The notes beneath the pieces were generated by a model. The model was given only the letters and a program-made list of their open reading frames with translations. It had not been told where the DNA came from and did not search any database. 32,000 nucleotides of DNA, from NCBI GenBank assembly GCA_008080745.1, contig SHMX01000003.1:510001-542000 (forward strand), in the 5' to 3' direction. The position numbers and the translations under genes were made by a program. Shown in pieces: positions 1-7,887 of the stretch. Origin of the DNA: Candidatus Thorarchaeota archaeon. Lineage in GTDB: Archaea > Asgardarchaeota > Thorarchaeia > Thorarchaeales > Thorarchaeaceae. Numbering within the stretch: position 1 is the stretch's first letter; every line of letters begins with the position of its first letter.

Positions 1-384
1 AAATATGTCAGAAAGAAAGAACGAATGAAGAACATGTGTGAAAAGGTTGGACGAGACTTTGATGATATGAAATGGTCGGTAGGCACCATGGCAGTCGTTC
101 TTGGAGAGGATGAGGACGACTACAGGAACAGAATACAGGCAGTCCTGGATGAAGAATGGATGGAAAAGACGATTCCTGATGAGATGAAATCAAAGTGGAT
201 TGATACTACTATTGAAAAACACAAACAGCTAGGTGGTCCTCCTGAGGACGTATTAGAGAGATTGACAGCATACAAGGGGATTGTTGATATTGTAAATATT
301 TGCCTCCCCATTGTTGGAAATATTCGAAAGAATGGACTCGATACAATTCGGATTCTCAAAGAATTAGTAGTGCCAAAGATCTAA
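1..384 (+). CDS. LLM-class flavin/F420-dependent oxidoreductase, C-terminal fragment (5' truncated by window)
   Basis: Frame open from base 1 (KYVRKKER-MKNMCEKVGRDFDDM...). C-terminus GPPEDVLERL...DIVNICLP...DTIRILKELVVPKI resembles the luciferase-like monooxygenase tail. Confidence 0.7.
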   Translation, partial: KYVRKKERMKNMCEKVGRDFDDMKWSVGTMAVVLGEDEDDYRNRIQAVLDEEWMEKTIPDEMKSKWIDTTIEKHKQLGGPPEDVLERLTAYKGIVDIVNICLPIVGNIRKNGLDTIRILKELVVPKI

Positions 385-437
385 GAAAGCTGCTGAAAAT
401 GAAAGGGTTATATTATACCTAACTTTCAGTTTGAAAC

Positions 438-2297
438 ATGAGATTTGCCACCGGTCTTATTATTCTCACAGCAATACTGTTGTGTATGCCACTTCCGATT
501 CAATCAATGGCTCAAGAAGAATTGACGGAGCATATGATTGCGGAGGACATTATATATTCTACAGATATCGCTTCAGAAGTTTATCATGCTGCTGATCAGA
601 ACCGATACAGAAATTACTTGCAGGAGCTAACAGCAAACGGTTCACGAAGTTATAGCTCGGATCAAAATGTCCATGCTAGAAACTGGCTGGTTCAGAAATT
701 TACCGAGCTCACAGAGGGAAAAGCTGAGATTTCTATAGATGGAAATTATGATAATGTAATAGCTCGTTTGCCAGGGACGCTCGGAGATGAAGCACCCTCC
801 GTAGTTGTTGGAGCTCACTATGACACTGTGTCCTGCGATGGTGCCAATGATGATGGAAGTGGAACGGTTGCACTCTTGGAACTAGCACGAATTCTCTCAC
901 CCCATACATTTCCAGCAGACATCTACTTTTGTGCATGGAATGCAGAGGAATACGGATTGTTAGGCAGTTATGAGATGGCTCCTGAGTTTTTGTATAATGA
1001 GACTGACATTCTTGTATATTACAACATGGACATGATTTTGTATCCACATCCGGGTCTTCCTGAAGAGGAAAGCGTGTATATGTATTACACAGACACAGGA
1101 ACATCAATCTATCAAGACGCACAGTTATGGGCTGAACAAACTGAGGCTATGAATCAAAATTTCGGTACTAGAATGATACAAGCACAACCACACGGTATGT
1201 GTCCTTATTGGCGTCAGTCAGACCACTACCCGTTCTATACTCAGGGATACAAATCCGTGATTTTCGCTACCGAATCGGGAATCACAGTAGACAATTATCT
1301 TCATACTGAGGAGGATACCGCTGATAACCCAGCATATGACTATGCTGTAGGTACTGAAACAGTAGCTAGTATGGGTGCTGCGATTGCCTTCGGGCTCAGC
1401 AGACCACAGAACCAGATGCTTCACGAGAGATACGACTTCACTCTTGATGGCGGAGAGAGTCGTAAACTACTAGTCTGTGTGACTAAGGATACACAATTCG
1501 ATGTATCAGCAAATGTAAGCGTAGAGCAGGACTATCGAATTGCCTTTACAGATCCTACTGAAGCAGAAATTCTGAATTATAGTAGTTCCTTTCCAACGGG
1601 AGCTACTGTTGATTTCATTTCTACATCAGTAACAGATCTTGGACAATATGAGATTGTAATCACAAATGAAGGTACAACAACCGCAAACATCGAAATTGAA
1701 ATAGTCCATGATGTAGATATAGAAGGTAATGGTATCTCAGATTCTGAGGAAAACTGGGCAAATGGTTTTCATATAGATTCAGATAATGATGAGATACCTG
1801 ATGCACAAGAAGAGATTATTGGAACAAGCCGGTTCAATGCAGATGGAGATGATGATGGGCTTTCTGACTATGAGGAAGTGTACATCTACAGAACTGGACC
1901 AAATACCAACGATACCGACCGGGATGGAATTCCAGACCTCTATGAGATACAAAATGACCTGCACCCTCGACTAGATGATGGAGAGCAGGACCGTGATGGA
2001 GATGGACTGGAAAATCTGGAAGAGTATCGAATTGGTACCAGTGCGAACAATTCGGATTCTGATGGAGATGGAATGTCAGATAATTGGGAATATCTTTATG
2101 GCACCAATCCATTAGTGGATGATGCCGGACTTGATCCGGATTTTGACCTCTTGCCAAATATCGGAGAATATCAGGCAGGTTCCGATCCATACAAACCTGA
2201 TTCATGGGTTCTTCTGGTTATGATTATTTCTGGAATCATGTTAGTACCAGTTGTTGTGTTCTATATACTAAATCGAAAAGGAAAAATTTCCTTTTAG
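438..2297 (+). CDS. Secreted, membrane-anchored M28 family zinc aminopeptidase with Ca-binding repeats
   Basis: N-terminal signal peptide. M28 motifs VVGAHYDTV, GANDDGSG, NAEEYGLLGS, NMDMI, SDHYPF, YLHTEED. Then a beta-rich spacer domain, DxDxDG repeats and a C-terminal TM helix with basic tail (ILNRKGK). Confidence 0.9.
   Translation: MRFATGLIILTAILLCMPLPIQSMAQEELTEHMIAEDIIYSTDIASEVYHAADQNRYRNYLQELTANGSRSYSSDQNVHARNWLVQKFTELTEGKAEISIDGNYDNVIARLPGTLGDEAPSVVVGAHYDTVSCDGANDDGSGTVALLELARILSPHTFPADIYFCAWNAEEYGLLGSYEMAPEFLYNETDILVYYNMDMILYPHPGLPEEESVYMYYTDTGTSIYQDAQLWAEQTEAMNQNFGTRMIQAQPHGMCPYWRQSDHYPFYTQGYKSVIFATESGITVDNYLHTEEDTADNPAYDYAVGTETVASMGAAIAFGLSRPQNQMLHERYDFTLDGGESRKLLVCVTKDTQFDVSANVSVEQDYRIAFTDPTEAEILNYSSSFPTGATVDFISTSVTDLGQYEIVITNEGTTTANIEIEIVHDVDIEGNGISDSEENWANGFHIDSDNDEIPDAQEEIIGTSRFNADGDDDGLSDYEEVYIYRTGPNTNDTDRDGIPDLYEIQNDLHPRLDDGEQDRDGDGLENLEEYRIGTSANNSDSDGDGMSDNWEYLYGTNPLVDDAGLDPDFDLLPNIGEYQAGSDPYKPDSWVLLVMIISGIMLVPVVVFYILNRKGKISF
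1708..2205 (+). repeat. About 7 thrombospondin type-3-like (DxDxDGxxDxxE) Ca-binding repeats in the M28 protein
   Basis: DIEGNGISDSEE, DSDNDEIPDAQE, DGDDDGLSDYEE, DTDRDGIPDLYE, DRDGDGLENLEE, DSDGDGMSDNWE, DPDFDLLPNIGE, mostly followed by GT(N/S/D)P-like turns. Confidence 0.85.
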
Positions 2298-2303
2298 CAG
2301 ACT

Positions 2304-2331
2304 AAGAGGGCCTACAAGCCCTCTTTATTTT
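2304..2331 (+). terminator. Hairpin + T-rich tract after the M28 gene
   Basis: AAGAGGGC (2304-2311) / GCCCTCTT (2318-2325), perfect 8-bp stem, followed by TATTTT. Confidence 0.55.
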
Positions 2332-2564
2332 AGTTGAATGCACCTTTACATAATATTCTCTGTTGGTAATGGTAAAATCGGGGACATTCCGGTAAGTTGG
2401 ATAAGTAATCATAAATCCAAATACCAGTTAATCAAAAATAAACCTACATCACATACAATTTTCAGAGAAATAACGACAGATAAGAAATGGTTTTCTAACA
2501 CCCACCAAAATTAGTATTCCCAGCTTGTTTCCCAATGCTTAAATTAACTATGATTAACTATAAT

Positions 2565-3797
2565 ATGGGAAAGAAAATGGAAGAGCCCCATGACACGACA
2601 ATGCCAGATATTGCAGAGTCTGAAGAAGAAAAGCAAACCAGTCCTTGGAAATCGCCTGTTGTGCAAATCGTCTTGTTGAGTACGTTACTTGCCCCATTAG
2701 GTGTACCATTTGTAAGCCCGTCATTACCCCTGATTCAGCAGGTCTTCCTAGTGTCTGAGCAGCTAGCAAGTCTGGCGATCAGCACCTATTTTATTGTTGG
2801 TATAGTTTTCTCCCCCTTCATAGGCTCAATTATAGACCGTGTTGATGAACGACGAGTACTGGCTGCTTCGTTGGTGCTTTTTGGTGTTTCGGGAGGAATA
2901 ACTGTATTCGTTTTTGATTTCTGGTTATTCATTCTACTTCGAGTGATTCAAGGCACAGCAGCAGCGGGTCTGTTCATTGCGACGGTTACACTAATCACTG
3001 CAAACTTTGAAGGAGTGCAGAAAAACAGCGTACTGGGAATGAATAATGCGGTATTGTCCCTTGGAGCAGCAATATTTCCTATATTGGGAGGTGCGATTGT
3101 TGCAATCTCATGGAACGCACCCTTTGCAGTATATCTAGTTGCAATTCCCATTGGTTATCTTGCAATGAAAAGAATCGATTGTCCCAAGTGCGATGCTACC
3201 CGGGGTGGTCTTAGTATCAGGTCTGCACTAAAATCACTAAAGTCAAGAAAGATGGTAGTTCCGTACAGTACCGCAGTATTCAGCGAAATAATACTCTTTG
3301 GTGCTGTTTTCACTACTCTTCCATTTTTCCTATCAAGCAATTACTCTCTGAATCCCTTAAGTATCGGTTTTGTCGTTTCTATTGGAAGTATTGCATCAGC
3401 AATAGCTTCGGTAGTTAGTGGAAAAATTGCAAAATACATAACCAACCGCCAGATGATAGCTCTTGCATTCTTTTTCAACGCTATTGGGCTTATCGGATTA
3501 TGGGCAGCCCCCACATTGATTTTGACTATAATAGCGGCGTCGCAGATTGGAGCGGCAGTGGGCTTTTCTTTACCTGCAGTAGATGCAAGAATATCAACAA
3601 TCATAGATGAGAAACATCGTGGAGAAGCCCTTAGTATCAGAAATAGTTTCACATTTTTGGGTAGAACATTGGGCCCAATACTTTTCACCGGAATAGCCGC
3701 TGTTACTGGCTATCCTTCCTTATTACTCTGGTCGGGTATATTGTGTGTGTTGACAGTTGTTGTCTTATCAGTTGCTTACCGGAGCAAGTCTGACTGA
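2565..3797 (+). CDS. MFS transporter (drug/metabolite exporter-like)
   Basis: About 12 hydrophobic segments and motif-A-like GSIIDRVDERRVL. Start is probably ATG 2565 or 2577 rather than 2535. Confidence 0.9.
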   Translation: MGKKMEEPHDTTMPDIAESEEEKQTSPWKSPVVQIVLLSTLLAPLGVPFVSPSLPLIQQVFLVSEQLASLAISTYFIVGIVFSPFIGSIIDRVDERRVLAASLVLFGVSGGITVFVFDFWLFILLRVIQGTAAAGLFIATVTLITANFEGVQKNSVLGMNNAVLSLGAAIFPILGGAIVAISWNAPFAVYLVAIPIGYLAMKRIDCPKCDATRGGLSIRSALKSLKSRKMVVPYSTAVFSEIILFGAVFTTLPFFLSSNYSLNPLSIGFVVSIGSIASAIASVVSGKIAKYITNRQMIALAFFFNAIGLIGLWAAPTLILTIIAASQIGAAVGFSLPAVDARISTIIDEKHRGEALSIRNSFTFLGRTLGPILFTGIAAVTGYPSLLLWSGILCVLTVVVLSVAYRSKSD

Positions 3798-3982
3798 TTT
3801 GGGATATTCTGTGGATACTATCACCAAGATAGTCATCTGTATAGGAGAGTCTATTATTATATTTCCAAAAACCGAAACAGTAACTTCTCAAATACGCCAT
3901 GAACAGGTAGTATAGCACCTAAAAATCGCAATGCGTCGTTCTCTCGCTTTAATTTACTTATAGCACTCCTTCGAGTTGGAAG

Positions 3983-5023
3983 GTGTTAGAACCAATGACA
4001 CAGAAATTCGGAGATAAATTTCTGATACTAGCAATCATATCGCTTTTCATTTTTTCAATTGGATTTGTTCAGCACAGAGTACCAAATGTAAAAATGAATG
4101 AGCCACAACAGCACGGGTTAAGTGTTACAAACGATGATTTGACAGGAATTCGAATTGCCCTTTACGAGAGCTATAGTTCATTTACTGATCCGAGAGTGAG
4201 AGAGAGTAGAACTGCTCTATTTAACATGCTAACTTGGATGAATGCATCGGTAGAAATCATAAACAGAACGGACATAGAGCTGGGTGCTTTATGGGCATTT
4301 GAGATTCTGGTCATTCCTGAAGGTCTCGGACCGTTTATCGAGAGCAATCTTAGAGCTAGCGGTAGAGAAGCAATCAGACAGTGGGTAAAGGCTGGAGGAT
4401 CATATGTGGGAGTAAGAGGTAGTTCCTCTATTGCAGTTACTGAAGGATATTTTGAGGGAAAGCACGAAACGTTCGATCTAGGTCTCATAAACGGAACTAG
4501 TATAGGCATGCCGGAATATGGGTATATCGAAGTAAGTAAACTTCTAATCAATCGAGCATGTACTGGTCCAAATCTCTCAGATATGCCTGATGAGGTTCAT
4601 GCATTATTCAGAACTGGACGGTACTTCGTGCCCAATCCGGGTCAAGAAATAATCTGTATTGCTAACTATTCCTACAATAACCAACCTGCAATGATAGCAT
4701 CACATTTTGGGTTAGGTAATGTCTTCATCTCTAGCCCACACTTCGAATATGAGGAAAATAGTGATAGAGATGGAACAGACTATATGGACGATTATAACGA
4801 CAACGATTCAGAATGGCCCTTAGTCATGGAGATAATCAAATGGCAGATTGAGGACTCGCCTATCGTTGTAAACACTACAACCTGGGGAATATCTACTACT
4901 ATTAGTACATCACCAAATGAATCTCTCAGTATACCGCTTGGAATGGTTTTGGTAGGTACTAGTGTTGGAGTCTTGTTTGTGGTATATGCAGGAGTAGTGC
5001 TAATTCGAAAAAATCGAGTATAA
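3983..5023 (+). CDS. Membrane-anchored BPL-N (biotin-protein ligase N-terminal, class I GATase-like fold) domain protein
   Basis: RIALYE...EILVIPEG...GREAIRQWVKAGGSYVGVRG...SSPHFEY matches the BPL-N pattern. N-terminal hydrophobic segment and C-terminal TM + RKNRV. Likely start ATG 3995 after GGAAGGTG. Confidence 0.7.
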   Translation: MLEPMTQKFGDKFLILAIISLFIFSIGFVQHRVPNVKMNEPQQHGLSVTNDDLTGIRIALYESYSSFTDPRVRESRTALFNMLTWMNASVEIINRTDIELGALWAFEILVIPEGLGPFIESNLRASGREAIRQWVKAGGSYVGVRGSSSIAVTEGYFEGKHETFDLGLINGTSIGMPEYGYIEVSKLLINRACTGPNLSDMPDEVHALFRTGRYFVPNPGQEIICIANYSYNNQPAMIASHFGLGNVFISSPHFEYEENSDRDGTDYMDDYNDNDSEWPLVMEIIKWQIEDSPIVVNTTTWGISTTISTSPNESLSIPLGMVLVGTSVGVLFVVYAGVVLIRKNRV

Positions 5024-5094
5024 GCATTTGGAAAAGAACTTCCTCTGATAATAAAATAGGTAAAAGAAAGAATAGAGGAAGATTCTGTCTTTCT

Positions 5095-5250
5095 TTATTT
5101 GGTAAGTCGATCTATGTAACTACCAATCTTACCTCTAATTCGGCCAATAATTCCAGTTTCTGGTTCCTCTGGCTCAGGAGGGTAATCCGGTAGTTTGGGA
5201 ACTTCAGGATTGTCCATGGGTTCTGTGTCTGCATCTATGGATTTGCTCAA
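5095..5250 (-). CDS. Putative 51-aa Pro/Glu-rich microprotein with a basic amphipathic C-terminal helix (not in ORF track)
   Basis: Hand translation from TTG: SKSIDADTEPMDNPEVPKLPDYPPEPEEPETGIIGRIRGKIGSYIDRLTK-stop (alternative ATG at 5217). TATA-like TTTTATATAA upstream on the same strand. Confidence 0.55.
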   Translation of the reverse strand: MSKSIDADTEPMDNPEVPKLPDYPPEPEEPETGIIGRIRGKIGSYIDRLTK

Positions 5251-5283
5251 AGTCTACATCTCATGTTAACTATTGTAAACAAG

Positions 5284-5293
5284 TTATATAAAA
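5284..5293 (-). promoter_or_regulatory. Archaeal TATA-box candidate for the 51-aa ORF
   Basis: TTTTATATAA on the minus strand, about 35-45 nt upstream of the TTG start. Confidence 0.45.
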
Positions 5294-5658
5294 CTCAGGA
5301 TACCAAGATGGGATGATTCAGGTCAGAAATATAAAAAATCAAATCAATTCAGGACGTCCTTGCAAAAAGCACTTGGAGAATCTCGTTTCGGATAAAGTCG
5401 CGCCAGAATTTGGTATTTGTCTTAATTATTCCAAAAAAATTGGAAAAAACAGGCTCTTAGAGTAAGATTAGACCGGTATTTAGTAAGATTCTAAGATAAT
5501 CTTTTCAATGCAAAACATCACAAGTTTGTTTTTATGCGAAGACTCGAAAATGAACATGTACGGTCGTGAGTACTATCTCAATGACGATAGGGGACGTATC
5601 ACATTAACAGAAGGCTCAATGAACGACCGATGACCAAGCAAAAGGGGACCAAAAATTC

Positions 5659-6273
5659 ATGAAACGCTTAAAGCCGTTTGACTATAAGGCCTATGTTACA
5701 GGGCCATTCCAGTCAGGAAAGACTTCACTAATTCATGCACTTGATCCAGACGCTATATCTATCGAGAGAGCAATGAAAGAAGCATACAGAGGTGAAGTTG
5801 GTACAACCACTACTGGTTTTGATCTTGGAAGAATAGTATGGGCAAGAAAAAATATTGATTCAGACGGATTGATAATTCCCAAGAAAGAATTCGAACGTGA
5901 AAAGGCAGAATATGAAGGTTGGCAAACCAAAGAAATCGAGTTAAGAGGTGTCCCAGGGCAACTCCACTTCAAGTTTGTAAGAGACACCATGCGAAGTAGT
6001 TCGGATTGTGTCTTAATGATTGTAGATTCTTCAGACCCCGGAATGGTCGGAGAAGCACTTACAATATTGGCAGAAACTCAGGCAGCCTTCACTGATATCC
6101 CCATAGAGGTCATTGCTAACAAACAAGACAGAGATGATGCGGCTCCACCAGACCAGGTGGCTAGTTGGCTAGGTGTAGAGAATGCTACAGGTATGTCAAC
6201 TTTTGACCGCGAGTCCTGTAAAGATGCACTGATTATGCTTCTACAAAAGGTGGAAGAGTCTAAGGGAGAATAG
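5659..6273 (+). CDS. Small GTPase, MglA/CvnD-like (roadblock-associated)
   Basis: G1 GPFQSGKTS, switch I TTTGFDLG, G3-like RGVPGQLHFKF, G4 ANKQD. First gene of an operon with three roadblock genes. Confidence 0.88.
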   Translation: MKRLKPFDYKAYVTGPFQSGKTSLIHALDPDAISIERAMKEAYRGEVGTTTTGFDLGRIVWARKNIDSDGLIIPKKEFEREKAEYEGWQTKEIELRGVPGQLHFKFVRDTMRSSSDCVLMIVDSSDPGMVGEALTILAETQAAFTDIPIEVIANKQDRDDAAPPDQVASWLGVENATGMSTFDRESCKDALIMLLQKVEESKGE

Positions 6274-6284
6274 GAGGCTATTGA

Positions 6285-6734
6285 ATGTCTGACGCAACAA
6301 TACCACCAGTCGCAAAAATCGAAGAATTATTGGCTAGCTTTGAAGAACGAGTTCCCGTTTGGGGAATAACGGTCTTTACGGTAGACGGGTACATAATTGC
6401 TCATAGATTGTTCTACAATAAAATGCCTCCCGACATCGAGATGGCAGTGAGCAGTCTTTCAGCAAGCCTTATCACAATCGCGGAGAATTTCATTGGATTT
6501 ATTGATCCAGAGAAAGTCTTCAGACAAATAACATTTGACGCAATGGATGATGCAGGGGGAATATCATTTACTATTCTCTTGAAACAAGTTGCGGACAATG
6601 TTTTATTAACATGTATCTTCCCAAGTTCAGTTCAACTCGGACTGGTAGTTTTTGAGCTGGAAAACCTCTCTGAAGAAATACGCGAGGTTGTATCTGAATG
6701 GGAGGTCAAGCTACACGAAGAAACTATGACTTGA
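6285..6734 (+). CDS. Roadblock/LC7 (MglB-like) domain protein 1
   Basis: Helix, then WGITVFTVDGYIIA, helix AVSSLSASL, beta strands and C-terminal QLGLVVFELENL helix. Confidence 0.75.
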   Translation: MSDATIPPVAKIEELLASFEERVPVWGITVFTVDGYIIAHRLFYNKMPPDIEMAVSSLSASLITIAENFIGFIDPEKVFRQITFDAMDDAGGISFTILLKQVADNVLLTCIFPSSVQLGLVVFELENLSEEIREVVSEWEVKLHEETMT

Positions 6735-6744
6735 GGAAAGATAG

Positions 6745-7161
6745 ATGAGTATTGGAAGATCTGACAGATTAACACAAGTTCTTGAGGACTTGTTCGATAG
6801 GGGAAATGGACGATTTCAGAGTGCAGTAGTCACAAATGAGAGAGGCCTAATAGTAACCAAGAAGGTCCATGGAGACCATCCAGAGGAAAGTCTGGCTGCT
6901 ATGACCGCTCTTCTGTCGGATGCTTCTGTCAGGGTTAATTCAAACCTTGAATTGGGAATGCCCGAGTTAGCTGTCGTCCGTTCATCGAGCGCACAGCTAG
7001 CAGTGAAGGAATTTCCAGTCAGAAAGAAACCGTTCAGAATCGGCCTTGTCATCAAGGATAAGAAAAAACGTTGGTGGCATCGAGGTATGACTCCGGAGAA
7101 GATTGAGAAATCACTCACGGAGGCTGCTGAATCGGTACGCGCAATACTTGAAAGCAAATAA
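6745..7161 (+). CDS. Roadblock/LC7 domain protein 2 with a basic/aromatic insert
   Basis: LTQVLEDL, SAVVTNERGLIV, ESLAAMTALLS; KDKKKRWWHRG precedes the last helix. Confidence 0.75.
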   Translation: MSIGRSDRLTQVLEDLFDRGNGRFQSAVVTNERGLIVTKKVHGDHPEESLAAMTALLSDASVRVNSNLELGMPELAVVRSSSAQLAVKEFPVRKKPFRIGLVIKDKKKRWWHRGMTPEKIEKSLTEAAESVRAILESK

Positions 7162-7196
7162 GGGGAACAATATACATACAACGGGGTAAAACGAGA

Positions 7197-7559
7197 ATGA
7201 GTGCAAGGGTAAAGAAACTCACTTCAGTTCTACAAGAACTGGAACAAAACTGTGAAATCACGAACTCTGCAATAGTTACCGAGAAAGGACAGATGGTTGC
7301 GCACAACCTACATGATGATGTTGATGAGAAATCAGTCTCAGCAATGGGTGCAGCTATCCTCTCAATCGGAAACAGAGTCGGTACTGTTCTGGCAGCGGGC
7401 AATCCAAAGGCCATTATTATCAATGGGTCGGAAAGCATTGTGCTTCTTCGACATATTGGCAAGATGGTGTTGATCAGCCTTGCTCCCAAGGATGCCAAAG
7501 TCGGTCTTATCGATTTTGAACTTGAGAAGGCTTCAGAACAGATAGCGGACCTTCTATAA
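7197..7559 (+). CDS. Roadblock/LC7 (MglB-like) domain protein 3
   Basis: LTSVLQEL, SAIVTEKGQMVA, VSAMGAAILSIG, KVGLIDFELEKA: canonical roadblock pattern. Confidence 0.85.
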   Translation: MSARVKKLTSVLQELEQNCEITNSAIVTEKGQMVAHNLHDDVDEKSVSAMGAAILSIGNRVGTVLAAGNPKAIIINGSESIVLLRHIGKMVLISLAPKDAKVGLIDFELEKASEQIADLL

Positions 7560-7563
7560 ACTA

Positions 7564-7630
7564 AGGGGACATCGATGATGACCAGTACAGGTTGTGCTGG
7601 ACCATCCCCCTAACTTTTTCTTTTTATTTT
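7564..7630 (+). terminator. Imperfect long hairpin + T tract closing the GTPase/roadblock operon
   Basis: CCAGTACA (7582-7589) / TGTGCTGG (7593-7600) with one G-U pair, outer AGGGG/CCCCT, then T-rich 7615-7630. Confidence 0.5.
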
Positions 7631-7679
7631 CTAACTCACCTATCACTAACTCTATTTTGATGCTTTTGATTACAATCTC

Positions 7680-7805
7680 ATGTCTTGTGAGACCTGTACT
7701 ACCATAATTAGATACGGTAAACGTGTACCATCTGGAAAACGTGTCTGTATTGATTGTTGGAAAGAAGATAATGAAAAGACAGAATCCAATGAAGAAGAGC
7801 CCTAA
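7680..7805 (+). CDS. Putative 41-aa C4 zinc-finger microprotein (not in ORF track)
   Basis: Hand translation MSCETCTTIIRYGKRVPSGKRVCIDCWKEDNEKTESNEEEP-stop: CxxC-x16-CxxC plus acidic tail. In-frame stop at 7647 upstream. Confidence 0.55.
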   Translation: MSCETCTTIIRYGKRVPSGKRVCIDCWKEDNEKTESNEEEP

Positions 7806-7887
7806 TATTTAGCGAATCATTCAAAGAATCCTGTTTTGGTGCTATTGAAATAATAATGACCTACGTATTCGTAGGCCATAATTAGTA

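Noticed and set aside
2338-2514. About 58-aa plus-strand ORF in the M28-MFS gap
   Set aside because: No motif, SD or promoter support; AT-rich intergenic sequence.
5454-5491. Short direct repeat AGTAAGATT x2 and a TCTTA/TAAGA inverted repeat upstream of the GTPase operon
   Set aside because: Too short and AT-rich to separate from chance.
6501-6522. Partial match of CRISPR spacer 6 (31630-31665) to roadblock gene 1 (GAGAAAGTCTTCA, 13 nt, plus TTGAxCCAGA nearby)
   Set aside because: It needs a 6-nt gap, and a 13-mer match between about 370 spacer positions and 64 kb of both strands is expected roughly 0.3-0.4 times by chance.
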